This document shows positions 1-13,807 of a stretch of 64,000 bases of DNA, in pieces. Position 1 is the stretch's first letter, and the number at the start of each line of letters is the position of its first letter. The notes under the pieces are model-generated. The model was not told the origin of the DNA, ran no database searches, and saw only the letters and a program-made list of their open reading frames with translations. A program made the position numbers and the translations under genes. The DNA comes from Protoeuglena noctilucae (lineage: Eukaryota): assembly GCA_958009085.1 (NCBI GenBank), contig OY253671.1, forward strand, positions 868,001 through 932,000, written 5' to 3'.

Positions 1-1295
1 TCCACGAGTGCCAATCCACGTGACCCTCGTACCAGTACCTGCATCGTGCGAGACACCTGATGTCCTCAGCACTTGTGATGCGTGAAGAGCACGCGGCATC
101 ATCCAAGGCGACAAGCGCGTCCAGCCACTCGTTGCCACGCATGCCATTTGTTGCCGACGAGCGGGGGGGGATTGAATAGCAGCACCCGCCCACCTGTAGA
201 CCCAGTTGAGGATGTAAAAGGACCGGTACGTGCCCAGGAGGAAGACGTAGTTGGCAGTCAGGTTGTCGATGTTCCTCGTGTGCTGGAGCATGATCTGCGG
301 GCGGAGGGTGGGGCAGGCATGGCCTGGCCGCCGCAAATGGGGCCCAGGCACTTGGAAGCGCGGGCCTATCCCGCGTGGGCCTGCACCGCTCACGCCCCGC
401 CCTCACCAGCTGCGGGAGGATGGTCACCGCCTCCAGGTAAATGGAGAAGGTCCAGAGCACCTCGCGGGACATGGGCACCCACCCGTGCGCGAAGCGACGG
501 TTGAACGTGAGGACGCCCAGCACGGCGGCGGGGACGATCAGGAAAAGGATGCGGAACGAGTCCTGTGCGCGGGGACAGCAGGCGCTTCGAGCTCAGCTCC
601 CACTCGCCAGCGGCAGGGTCGCAGTCGTGCGCCACGGCGTGACCCCCCACCTGCTCTTTGTTGTACGTTCGCTTGATCTTCTCATCCCGGGTCATCAGCC
701 AGATGGTGTAGCCCGTCGCCCCGATGAAGAGGAGCTTCATGATCGTGTTGTACGGAGACACCAATAGCATCTGGAGGAGCGGCAGGACGAACTGCGGGCG
801 AACAGCGGATAACACTCGCTTCCGCCTGTGGGGGTAACGGGGCATCAGGGGCCGCAGGCGCGGCCGCCGCTGGCGTCGCGGCGTGGTGCTGCCCTCACCG
901 CGAGGAGGGCCGTGACGGCGTCGATATACCGCGCCACGAACACCATGAGATACAGAAGCTGGGTCTTGAGCGAAACGCCCGCGCAGGAGTTGACCACGCG
1001 GATCTTGAGGAGCAGGACGATGAACGACATGACGTGCGCCATGTCGCCCACGAATCTGCACGCAGCCGGCGTTCCCAGCTCTCGATACGCAGAACGCGCG
1101 GCCAGGACGCGAACGGTGGGCGGCCGGGCAGAAGCGCCGCTCGGGGGCCCCTCGGGCACAAGCAGACTTTGCCGGCAACCCTTCCCCTCCGCGGGCGCAG
1201 CCCATCGCCGCAGCTCAAGCAAATGTGTTCTCATGACCCGTGCCATCGCAAGCGCAACAGCGTGCGGCAGCCCAGCGTCACCTGAACAAGTTCAT
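1..1295 (-). CDS. ERD2: ER lumen protein-retaining (KDEL/HDEL) receptor; spliced, 3' end runs off the window
   Basis: ATG at 1295 gives MNLFR|FVGDMAHVMSFIVLLLKI..SCAGVSLKTQLLYLMVFVARYID; later exons YNTIMKLLFI, LWTFSIYLEAVTILPQL and NLTANYVFFLGTYRSFYILNWVYR are classic ERD2 motifs. Confidence 0.95.
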
Positions 1296-1883
1296 GTGTG
1301 CGAACGAGAGGGGGGCGGTGGCATGGCCCCCGACGTGATGATGCGGAGGGATGACCCCGCCCGAACCCGGTGGGACTGTGAAGGTCATCTTCGGGCCCTC
1401 AAGGATCCCCGGGCGTCCCTGACCGCGGCCGGAGGCCTAGATGATCGCCGCGGCAGCAATTCACGGGCCCAGCCCGCGATCCCCGGCCAGAGGCCAAGTG
1501 CAGGGACGATGCAAGCGAGTCCGACTGTCAGGAGTATCAAGCGAGCTCCCAAGGCGCCATCGACCGCTTGCTGGGCACGCTGAGCAACGAGTAGCGGGGG
1601 TGTCGCGCAAACTTTCCCAGACTTCGCGAGAACTCCAGTCACCCAATGCCTCTCGCACGCATGACGGCTCGGGGGCTCCAGGGAGGCCCACGAGCGCATC
1701 GCCAGTGCGCGCCTCGCCCGTGTCAGGTGTGGTTTGTCACGCCTGCCGTCAAAGCAGCTGCTCGCGGGGGTCGGCTCGGTGTTTTCATCGTTCTGCAGAG
1801 TGGAAGGTGCTCCACGTCCGCACGTCGTCAGTGCACACGCGGGCTGGTTCCCCCCCTTGCGTGGGTCCTCGCGTCTCGCGATC

Positions 1884-2825
1884 ATGGAGCAGACGACCTT
1901 TGTGCATACCAGAGTCAGCGGTGCGTGCGGGCGTCGTGCGCAGCGCGCCCAGCGCGCCTGGGGACGCCGCACACGGGGGGACCCTCGATTGCAACAATTT
2001 TCCAGCCCTTTCTCGCGCAGTTTTCAACATCGGCCCCCGTCCAAGTCAACAGGGCTACCAGGCCGGGCTGTGGTCGACCGACGCCAAGATTTGGGAGGGC
2101 AGGCTCCGGTAAGCGCGCGTTCTCGGCGCAGGAGAGCACAACGGCCATATACCCGGTCGAGCGGCCTGCCCCGTCTGGCTATTCGCGGAATGTCTTGCAC
2201 CTGCAGATTGGTGGAGATCGACGAGGCCGCCGAGCTCCGGCTGGAGCAGGCGGAGAGCGCGGAGCTGTTCGCAGTGTGCCCGATACCCTCCCCGGACTCT
2301 GCCTGGACGTACTGCGAGCCCGTCACCGACTCCTCGCGGTACTTCGTCATCAGGGTGGAGGACCCTGCCACCAAGCGCCATGCGTTCCTGGGCATGGGCT
2401 TCGAGGAGCGCTCGCACGCCACGGCCTTCTGCGCCGCGCTGTCCGACTACGTCTCGCGCGCCAGCCGGATGAAGGAGGCGGCGCAGGCCAGCACTCTCCG
2501 CAGCAACGTGCCCAGCGCAGGTGCGGAGGCCGCTCTTGCCGGGCGAGTCGACCACCACAGCTGCCAGCATGGCGATGGACTACCCGGAGCCATGCGTTCT
2601 CTCCCTGCCCTTGCAGATTTCAGCCTCAAGGAGGGAGAGAAGATTCACGTGACGCTTGGGAGCAAGTCGCTCGGCAACAGGACGGGGCCGGGGCTGCGGA
2701 AGGAGGCACCGCTCGGCAACATGGCGGTGCCCATGCCCGGGGGCCCCGCAGCCGTGGCATCGTCCGCGCCTTTGCCGCCCCCGGAGGCCGACCAGGGCAG
2801 CGCGGGCGGATGGGCAACATTTTAG
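1884..2825 (+). CDS. NECAP: Adaptin ear-binding coat-associated protein (NECAP)
   Basis: VFNIGPR..GYQA..W...IWEGRLR; LFAVCP; EPVTDSSRYFVIRVED..RHAFLGMGFEERS; DFSLKEGEKI; C-terminal WATF* (WxxF-COOH motif). Confidence 0.93.
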   Translation: MEQTTFVHTRVSGACGRRAQRAQRAWGRRTRGDPRLQQFSSPFSRSFQHRPPSKSTGLPGRAVVDRRQDLGGQAPVSARSRRRRAQRPYTRSSGLPRLAIRGMSCTCRLVEIDEAAELRLEQAESAELFAVCPIPSPDSAWTYCEPVTDSSRYFVIRVEDPATKRHAFLGMGFEERSHATAFCAALSDYVSRASRMKEAAQASTLRSNVPSAGAEAALAGRVDHHSCQHGDGLPGAMRSLPALADFSLKEGEKIHVTLGSKSLGNRTGPGLRKEAPLGNMAVPMPGGPAAVASSAPLPPPEADQGSAGGWATF

Positions 2826-2862
2826 GCGGCGCGGTGGGTTCCTGGGTTCCTGCCCGGCGCGC

Positions 2863-3688
2863 TCAGTTCAGGCCGGCGGCGGGCGCCGGAGTCTGGGGCA
2901 GCGGTACGGCGCACATCGAGGTCTTGTACCTGCCCGCGGACACCGTCCCGTCGTCCTTGGCTCCCGTCAGCCTCGTCGAGTAGGCCACGTACACGGCTGT
3001 GCTGTTCTTCGCGTCAAAGAGGCGGCGCACCCTGCAACGCCGCACCGGCATGGGATCCGCGCAGGTTCCGCAAGCCGTGGCGCGTGGCAGCGCCTGCTCC
3101 GGTCGTACCTGGTGGTCTTGTTCGACAGACTGAAGCCCTTGGCCTCGCTGAAGATTTCCTTGCCCTCGGGGGTCGATATTTTGGTGGGGTCGAACGTGGG
3201 CGGGGCCACCACGGCGCAGGAGATGCTTGCCTGTGAAGGCTCCGAGAAGAAGTCCTTCGACAGCTTGTCCGCCAGGCTGCGCTTGAAGTCGCTCAGATAG
3301 ACCACCACGCCTTGAATGTCCGGGTCCTCCAGCGCAACGACCTCCACCGTGTCCTTGAAGAGGAATCCGCTGGCCGCGAACTCCGCGATGCGCTGAGATG
3401 AAGCAGACGCGGCGCCTGCGCATTAAGGCTTCGCTGCTCGTCACGCAAGGGCCGACAACCAGATGGATGTCGATTCGCATCTGTCGATTGAGATGCAGCG
3501 TCCACGCATTGCTGGAACCGTGCGCGCTCACCGCAGCTAGTTGCAAGTGCGACAACAGTGGCCAGCGCGAGGCCTTTCGCTCGCTCCTCCCCCGATGCAC
3601 GCGCCAGGACTGCGCGGCGCGCATGCGATGGCGAAATCCTAGACTTCAGGAGCGATCCAGCCATCGCTGGCCCTGCCACGCTCGCCAT
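2863..3688 (-). CDS. CreA-family protein with probable plastid/thylakoid targeting peptide
   Basis: FLFKDTVEVVALEDPDIQGVVVYLS..EPSQASISC..GKEIFSEAK..VRRLFDAKNSTAVYVAYS resembles bacterial CreA; N-terminus is Ser/Arg/Ala-rich followed by a hydrophobic stretch; first introns not fully resolved. Confidence 0.75.
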
Positions 3689-3945
3689 GATCTCGTAAAC
3701 TTTCAAGCGAGCGGTCCAAAGGCGTTATCTCGCGGCTCAAAAGGCCGAGGGATGCCGGCAACGGTGGGCCTGACGCTGCTCTTCGCTTCTGAATGCTGCC
3801 TCGCACCCGCGGTAGGCAAATGGCACTCGTCCTTCCCACGGGCCCCGATGAGAGGCCACCCTGACACGCATCCTGGCGCAGGTCTTACCCTGCTGCCAGG
3901 GGCAGCCACCACACTCTTGACGAACCGTAAAGCACTGCAGCCGGC

Positions 3946-4926
3946 TCAGCGTCCCCCCCGGCACCCCAGCTCCGACTTGCGCGTCTCGGGCAGAAGGGTC
4001 GGGTTCTCACAGATGCGCTGCACGTCGCTGGACGACACCAGCGCCCCGACGAACGTGGTCCCGCGCAGATTCGCCCACGTCCCGCTCCTGTCCCGCCCGA
4101 AGGAGGCGCTGGAGAGAATCGCGTTCTCGAAGTTCGCGTCACGCAGGTCCGCCCCGTCGAACGAGGTCCCGTAACAGTTCGCGTCGGTGAAGTCCACTCC
4201 GGAGAGGTTGGCACCGGTGGCGTCCGCTCGCGACATCTCCACGCGGACGAGCTTCGACCCGCTGAAGTCCGCGCCCCGCAGCAGCACCCCCGAGAGCACC
4301 TTGCCCGTGAGGTCCCTGTTTTGGAACCCCTCCTGGCAACCTGCGACCATAAGGCATGGCCTTTGTGAGCCCTCGCCTTTTGCACACCCGCCCACCTCCC
4401 ACGGTCCCAATGGGACTGTGACACGCACCGCTGACATCCACGAGCGCCTCCGTCATGCCGCCACCGCTGGCCTCGAGGCTGTACTGGGCCCGCGTCGACG
4501 CGAACTTGTCGAGGCTCGCGACGGTGCAACGCGCCGGGTCGAGGAGGGTGCCCTCCGTCCTGCACGGTCACCCACGGTCACACCCACGGTCACTGCCCAC
4601 GGTTGTTCCAGGTGAGCCCGGGGGCCCGTGCATGTCGTGCATGTCATGCCTGTCAATGCGTGCCTGACAATGGGGACCCCACTGTCTATCTCTACGCTCA
4701 AGGTAAGTGTGTGGCGCCTCAGAAAAGCCACGTCGATGCTCACGCACCTGGGATCGGCGAGGGATGGTTGGGCGAAGGCGAGCCACACAGCCACAGCCGC
4801 ACACAATATCGGGGCATGAGACTGGTGGCCGGCCAAGGGCACCGCGGATGGAGATGGAGTTCTTGTGTACACAGGTGCTTTGGCCGAGGCTAGAGGAGGC
4901 CGGGGAAGGGCCGCGCGCACCACCAT
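3946..4926 (-). CDS. Thylakoid-lumen pentapeptide-repeat protein (TL17-like)
   Basis: Transit peptide plus hydrophobic AVAVWLAFAQPSLA cleavage site; A(D/N)LxG pentapeptide repeats; two Cys pairs (ARC..SGC; RICENP..ELGCR) as in TL17. Confidence 0.85.
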
Positions 4927-5234
4927 TTCTGAGTGGCCCTGAGCAGAGGAGTGGAAGAGAGTCGAAGAGAGTGAAAAAGAGGAACAAAAAGGCAGTCCCA
5001 GGCAGCTATCGATGTCATGAATGCGATGGCAAGATTCGGGCGGGAAGAAAGCGCGAATCGCGGAAGCACCACTGTTCTGACTGGCACGGGCGGCGCCACT
5101 TTCCCACTGTGCGGGTCCCAGGGCCTCAGGAAGTCGTGGACAAAAAGTATACCACCTCATGCACGTGTGAGGCACGTCGTTTGCCTCGCGCGATGTTGGC
5201 GTGATCTCCAGAAGGCCGCCCGGGACGTGGGCCG

Positions 5235-7680
5235 ATGTCGACGGGCCTCTGGCGCGCCGCCATCATCGGCGTCGTCCTTCGCCTGGCCGGTGATCGTGAC
5301 GGCTCTCTGGGAGCTGGCTGGGAGGCGAGGGACGCGAGCCATGGTTCACGTCCGCCTCTGCAGCACCTCGCCAAGGTGATGGCGGTAAGTGCAGCGCGCT
5401 CATCGCACTTCCTGCCATCCGGAAGCTGTATCGGGACAGTTTCTCTCTTTCTCGCTTCACCAGTACGTCTTTCGGAGCATCCCAGCCGCTGTGCCATCAG
5501 CACCAGCGATTCTATGCTATGGCGCCTTCGTATGGGCCGTCGCTCTCCGCGTGGGACGCATCGTCCCGACGACGCCGGCCCAGCGACAGACGGCAGCCAG
5601 CCGTGCTGCAGCCATGATGTCGGTGCTCCTCCTCGTGCTCTCACCGGGCCTGCTCTTCGCTGAGCTCGGTGAGTGAGCACGATACGTTCTTGTGCAGGGC
5701 CCAAGCTGGCTCGACCCTGCCACGTCAGGCATGGCGTTGTGGGTGCAGGTGGCACGGCGCTCGTCGGGCTCTCCATGGCCCTCCTCCTCGCGGCAATCAC
5801 GTCTTACGAGAACGGCCGTAAGCTTCCCGGGACGCTCGCATACACCGCTCTGCTCCACGTCGACCCGTCCCATTTCTCCAGCGCCCCTTTGGTCGCGGTG
5901 AGGGCGCCTTACTGAACCCATCGTGGCACCATCTCGCAGCACCCTGCGGGCTCCTGCATGCCTCCACAGCGTTCTCTGTGCCACCTGCAGGTCTACCTGT
6001 GCAGGCGGTACTGTTGGGTGCGGGGCAGGGTTCACGTCCGCTCCGTCGTCTCGTTGAGCGTGGCAGTCGCTTTGGTAGTTGGACTTGGGGTCTCCTTTGG
6101 CCCCTTCGTGTTCAGTAGGCGAGTCCGCACGCGTGGAGATCGAGGTCCCTTCCACCCTCGTCTGCTTGTAAACAGCTGTCCCAGCGATCCCTGCTCCCAG
6201 ACAATCGTCCTTGGTATCCCTGCTCCCTGCCCTTGGGCGGGACACCTGCGCAGGGCCCCATGCGCCCAGCATGTGGCACCTGTATGCCGCCGTGGACCGG
6301 GCCCTGGCCCCAGCCGCAGCCAAGGGCGCCGCAGACGTGGGTGTCTGCGCCACACGCGTTCTCCCGCAGCCCTCTCCTTTCATTGGGTGAGCCACAAATT
6401 TTAGCGGCCCAACCCTGCACACTCCAACCCTCCCAGGTCTCGAAGTCCATGCACTTGGGTCTGCCCTCACCCTTTCGTCGCAGGTGGATGCTCACCGCAG
6501 TCGCCATGGCTCCCTTCCTGCACCGCATGTGGCTCCGCCCCTCTCCCCGCGCCCTGGCGATCGCCGCGGCAGGCGTCAACGCCTGCGCGGTACTTTTCCA
6601 GCTCCACAGCCCCGCGTCCGCCGTCCTGCGTGTCATCGTCCCCGCCTTGGCGTCCATCGCCCTCCCGGCCACCATGCCGGGAGCCATCTCAGCTCACGCC
6701 GCCAAGGTGTGCAGCCATGCCTGGGAGACCGCCGCGGCTTCTCCTCTCTCCCGCGCCTCGGTCCAGAGAGCCAGCAAGCATGCCGCCCTCGGCTGCAGGC
6801 TCGGGCGCCCTCGTCGGCCGTGACCAGGACGCAGGGCACGGCTGTTACGGATGGTCGCACGACGCCAGGGAGCACCACGCCTGGCACGGCCCCGAGGGCT
6901 TCCCCGCATCACTCGCAAGCTGGCGAACCGGGCTCCTCGCTGCACGAGCATAGAGCCGATTCAGCTGCCGCTGCGGCCGGGACTTCGGCCCACGCGGGTA
7001 TCTCTTTCAACGTGGGCAAGTATTACCTGGCTCCCACTGTGGCGGCGGATGCCGAAGACAAGGCCGTCTCCCGGGGTGCGGGCGCGTTCATGGTCGTGCG
7101 GAGGTCAGCCCCCACCTACGTCTTCCTGGGGACCCTCGCTCACTACTCGATGCTGTCGGTCCTGCCGGGCATGCCGTGGCGACCCGCGGCCCTCGCCCTC
7201 CTGGTCGCGCACCTCGGTGAGGGTGGCTGGTGGTGTTGCTGTCGGCGCCATCCAATGGACGCTGCGGCTTTGCGTGATGCGCCATCTGCCAGCCCTGATC
7301 GCGCAGGACCTTCCCTAGGCATCCTTTCCGCATTGGAGTCAGAGCTTGGGTCAAGGTTCCCGCTCACATCGCCGTGGAACGCCATTGCCAGCCTCTACAA
7401 TGCTGCCCTCGGCCGGGAGGTAAGGGTGCGGCGTCGGGCATGTGCCAAGGCACTCCGCCATCGCCCCGCTGCATTACCTGCCCCCCGACCTCGCTCGCAG
7501 TCCCTTGGGGCGGCCTGCATGGCGTGGCTGGCGGTGCAGGCCATCGTGGGGGCGCCTCTGATCGAGGCGGTCCTCACTGCCTGGCCCGGGCTCGTGTCAG
7601 CGGACGTGGCGCGCCCCGCCTTCTGCGCGCTCGGCCTCGCAGCAGGGCTGGCCGTGATTGTGCTCGACTGCAACCTTTAG
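5235..7680 (+). CDS. Highly divergent ALG6/ALG8-family multi-pass membrane protein
   Basis: Spliced segments LVLSPGLL, APLVA|VYLCRRYC, VSFGPF, SLLPALGRDTCAGPHAPSMWHLYAAVDRAL and MAPFLHRMWLRPSP..VLFQLHSPASAVL follow ALG8 motif order; 3' exon structure uncertain. Confidence 0.6.
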
Positions 7681-7760
7681 GACATTGATAGGTAGCCAGC
7701 CGCGCGAGAGTAAGGCACGGGATGCGATCAAACGCCAGTGGAAGCGAACAGCAGCACTTG

Positions 7761-8833
7761 CTACCCCGGCAGCTCTTTGAGCCACGTCCATTGGCTGGGG
7801 GCACACTGTGCCGCAGTCAGGCCCTCGTCGTCGCACAGGGCCACGTTGGCACCCTGTGACAGCAGCTCCCGCGCCACCTCCTCGTGGCCACACATAGCGG
7901 CGCAATGCAAGGGCGTTTGGCCCTCCACGTCCTGCGCGTTCGGATCCGATCCCGCGTCCAGCAAATCCCTGCAGGCCAGGGCACGGCTGCAGGTCATCGT
8001 TCGCTGGGCAACTCTGCAGTTCGCTCAGCCGCCCCACGGTAGCAACCGCACCGGACGACCCCCAAGTGCCCCGCATCCGCCGCGATGTGCAGGGGCGTGA
8101 CCCCATCGCCCTCGCACGCCTGCCCCAGCGCTGGCAACCCCTGACTCAAGTATTCCCGCACGATAGCCCCATCCCCGCTGCGAAGTGCCGCAAAGAAGGC
8201 CGTCAAAGCATCCTCGGGTTCGTCGTCCACAGACCCCGCCAACGTGCTGCGGGGGCGGTGGGCAAGGGTCAACGAAGCTTGAGGGACCCCTGGGTGGATG
8301 CGGAGCACGACCAGATCGGGGGCTGCCGCACCTGCAGACCGGCCCCATCATCCGCGTACCCCCACCGCCTCCTTCTTTTCGTGGAGTGCCACTCCACCCA
8401 GACACGTGCTCCGACAGCAGGTCCACGTATGCCTCCATCGCCTCCGTCTTGGTCAGGTCGCCCAGGGCGTTCCACGCGTCCCACTTGGCTCGGCCCTTCC
8501 AGTCGAAAAACCCTGGCTTTCCCACGTCGCACTGCGGGCGCAGGATTGCCGCTGGAGGCCGTGCGTCGCGGGAGACGGCCAGCCTGCGTGGCCCCGCGCG
8601 GCGCTGCCACCGTCCCGCGCCGTGGCGGTGCTTCTCGGCTGTGTCACCTTGCCCACCGTAGCCTGCTTGAACAACGCGTAGAATCGCAGCTTTGTCTCGT
8701 CGGAAAGAGATTCCAGGTGCGCGGGCAGGGCGTCTGCGGCGCGGTTGAAGTCCTCCAGCAAACTCAGCGAGTCCTCGTCATCCAGCTCCGCATCATCCAA
8801 AGAAGCCACGGCTCGAATCGCCTCGTCGCTCAT
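7761..8833 (-). CDS. Acyl-CoA-binding protein with ankyrin repeats
   Basis: KLRFYALFKQATVG..KPGFFDWKGRAKWDAW..TKTEAMEAYVDLL (ACB domain); GVTPLHIAADAGH and EGQTPLHCAAMCGHEEVARELL (ankyrin). Confidence 0.93.
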
Positions 8834-9147
8834 CGCGGGCGGGCGACGGGCGTTGCCCGAGCGGCAGGCCTTGCTCTCCTGCGAAACCGTCTCGGCGTGT
8901 CTCCTCCAGAGGGTCCCGCTCGCAAAGCAGCGGCTATCATGCTGCAGCACAGGTTGTGTTGAAGCGCACCGATCCACTGAAGGCAATCGATCGCCGGCTG
9001 TACAACTTCACTTGCAACAACACGCCTGGCACGTCTGGTGCCAGCGTGATGTCATTACGCGCGCTGCCGAGACACGATGCATACTTTGCTTGTGCACCCT
9101 GCTCGTCCAGCTCGAACTCTGCCTCCCCTGCAGCATCAGGAGGCAGG

Positions 9148-10538
<1,391 letters not shown>

Positions 10539-10700
10539 GCGTGGCGTTTGTTATTTCCTCTCTGGCGGCGGGTAGGACCCTCATCTCTTTGAACCTTTAT
10601 TGGCAAGGGACAGAAGATGGTCTGCTGAAATGCTAGTCTTCCGGTCCCGGCGATGAATTGGGACATAGCCGTCGAGAACTGTCCATGACCTCGCAGCACC

Positions 10701-13700
10701 ATGTACCACGCCCCCCGCCGCAGGGTCCCTGCCGCGACGGGCCCCCCAGCGGTCACCGTGCTGAGCGTCAATGACGACTCGAGGCAAGCTGGGCGAAGGG
10801 CGGGGTGAATCACCTCGCTGCGCGAGGAAAGCAGCAAACAAACCTAGTTGCCCCCATTCGCAGCTGCCTCCTCGTCGGCTCGGAAAATGGGCTCCGGTTA
10901 TTCCTTCTAAAGGATGGCACGTTGGTAAAGACGGGATTTCTGGGGCACTCCGTCTCGGCAGGCGCCATCTTGGGGCAGACGAGGTGGGTCGTAGGGCGCT
11001 AGCCTCAGCGTCGACGAGACGCGCTGCCCGAGTCGTAATTTCGTGGCAGCGCTTTCAAATTGTCAACGAAAAGGTTTCCTGATTGACACGCAGCCTCGTC
11101 GCCTTCACCAGCGCCGGCGCGCCTGGGGCGTCCCCGCGGCGAGTGGTTCTCGGCAACATCTCGGCGGGAGAAATCATCAAGGGACTTCCAAGCGCGCCCA
11201 CGTCCGTGCTATCGATTCATCTCAGCGCGACGCGCGTCGTTGCCGTGATGAAGGCACGTCCGGGCCTGTTTTCCGCCTTTTTTCAGGGATTGGTTTGGTA
11301 GCCCCGAAGATGACCATTTTCTCGACATTCTTTCGCAGGAAGTCGTCCATGTGTACGACTTGCACACCCTCCGAATGGTGCGCGCGATTGGCACGCCTCC
11401 CAACCCGTCGGGCGTCGCCGCGCTGGCCGTGGCGGGCGATGCAGGGCCGTGCCTGGCCCTCCCGAGCCGCCCCGACGCTGGCTTCATCGCCGTGCATGCC
11501 TTGGAGGTGTGTGTCATCGGTGGGCCCGGTCTCAGCTGCAGCTAAACGTTGCACGCGGCACGTTCTGCCTGGCCACAGCACTCAGCGTGTTGTCCAGCAC
11601 GTTCTTCTGGCCACCGCAGGAGACTCAGGGTGCATTGGCGGAGTTCCCCGCGCACCGCCACTCCCTCGCGGCGCTCGCGTGGTGGCGCGGCGGCGACCTC
11701 ATCGCCTCCGCGTCACGTCAGGGCACCATCATCCGCGTGCACACGGCAGCAGGCACGCCCGTCTGCGCCGTGCGGCGGGGCTCCCTGGGTGCTTCCGTGT
11801 ACGGCCTCTCCTTCTGCGTCGAGCAAGAAAACGGAGCTCAGGTGCTGCGGTCGCATGGCCATCCCCATTGCAGCACAAACATCCTGGCTGGCCCTATCAG
11901 ACAACCACATGGCGTGACGGGATGCGGTTGCTATTCATGATGAGCCTTCTTTTCCGGCGCAGGACCACACGCTCCTGTGCGCGTCCACGTCTCACGGCAC
12001 AGTGCACGTGTTCCGGGTGCCCACGCGTGCTGGGACTGCTCGCTCGGCCGACTGGGGGGCGCACGGCAAGGACGCCTCTGGCGCCGCCTCTGGCACCGGC
12101 GTCGATGTCAGTGCGCTCCTCCCGAGGTCCGCTTCTAAGGGACAGGCGGAGGAGCGTCCTGAAGAGGGCTGGGCGGCCGACGCGTCTCCCAGAGACCGTG
12201 CGCACGGAACGGGTGGTGGCGAAGATGCAGAAATGCCTTCACACCCAGATTCGGTGCGACAGTCGGTGTCATCGAGCGGGGAGCGGGTGCAGGAGGCGCC
12301 GAGGGGTGGAGAGGTGGAACGCGATGGCGGTGGGTGTGACGGAGAGAAGGGGGCGGTGACTGCGCTGGGACAGGGGAGCGATGAGCTGGAGGGGCTGAGT
12401 GGGACGAGTGACTCTGGGAGCGATGAGGCCTACGAGTTGGACTTTGAGACGTACAGCGAACCTGAGGACGGCGATGGGGACGTGGGGGCGAAGGAGGCAG
12501 GGGGCGCGAGGTGGGGGAGTGGTAGCGAGTCGGGTTTGCTGCTCGACATCTTCGGGGGCGACGCGGAAGGGGCGGGGGGCGAGGCGCGCGGCAAGGCAAG
12601 CGGCGGGGCGAGCGCCAGTGGGTCTGAGGAAGGGGCGGCGGTCGGTGGAGATTCCAGCGACGAGGGAATCGTGGTGGATTTGTTCGAGGAGGGCTGTGGA
12701 GCGGGGGAAGGGTGTGGAGTGGGTGGCGATGGGGACGGCGGCGATGGGGTGGCGAGGGACGGTCATGGGGACGGTGGAGAGCACGACGCGATGCCTGCGT
12801 TTGATGACTCGGCAGGAGACGAGCCGCGGTCGGGGGTTTCGGACGCCGAGGCGGCGGGTGGCGAGCCGGGGTCCGCGGGCGTGGGGCAAGCTGCCGAGGG
12901 GCCCGATGGGTCCCGAGGGTCGTGGTCGTGGTGGGGGCTGCCTGCGCTGGACCTGGGCAGCGGCATGGAGAGGGTCCGAGGGGCGGTGAAGCACGCCAAG
13001 AGAGCAGTCAAGGGTGCAAAGCGAGCGGCGCAGACGTGGGCGTCGCTGGCGACGAAGGTGCGTGCCGTGGAAATGGATTACGCATTGCACTGATGCTTTG
13101 TAGATGTGATCGGCTCTGCGCCGTGCTGCAACCCACCGTGGCACCACCCCTACCCCTCCGCATGGATGCAGGAAGTCACAGGCGCCGCAGAGGCGTGGCT
13201 GTCCGCGGCCGCTGGTCAGCCTCGCCCTGCCTGGGCCCCATCGGAGCAAGGGGCCCAGCGGGACACCCCTGCCAGGGCCTTTGTGCGTGTCGCGCCCCCA
13301 GGCCCGGCTGGCCCCACCATCTGCTGCCTCTCCACCGTCGAGGCCTCGCGAGTTGCTGCACCTCGGTGCGAAGGTGGCGGCGCGTCGTTTGACGCCAAGA
13401 ACACCCGCATGGAGCCTCAGGGCCACGTGGAGGGCCCTTCAGTCGACTCGCTCATGGCCGCCTTCTCCGGCAGCGTCCTGATGGGCGGACAGGATAAGGA
13501 TTCTAACGCTCCTGGGCAGGAAGGTACGAGTCACACGGGCGTCGGGAACTCCATGCGCGGTGCAGACGCGCGCGCGGGCGGTGAGGGCACCTCTGCGACT
13601 GCGACGGGCGACATGTCGGCGGGGGCAGGGTCCAAGACAATGCAAGCGGGTGCCTCTGACCCTGTCCCTGCCCCTGCTCGTGAGTACCTCCTCAGCGTGG

Positions 13701-13807
13701 CGACGGCCGCGGGGCAGCTCGTGCAGTACCGCCTCTTCCACCGGGGAGCTGGCAGGGGCGCAGGGCTGGTGGTGTGCAACCAGGTTTCTTTGCTGGGGCC
13801 GCGATAG
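10701..13807 (+). CDS. ATG18: ATG18/WIPI-like PROPPIN WD40 propeller with long acidic insertion
   Basis: SVNDDSSCLLVGSENG, TPPNPSGVAAL, AHRHSLAAL, GDLIASASRQGTIIRV, VRRG, STSHGTVHVF; final strands LSVATAAGQLVQYRL. Confidence 0.85.

Noticed and set aside
10784..10863. First ATG18 intron as a firm GC-AG case
   Set aside because: An in-frame GT donor at 10805 is also possible; the ALG8-like donor near 6115-6119 is similarly ambiguous
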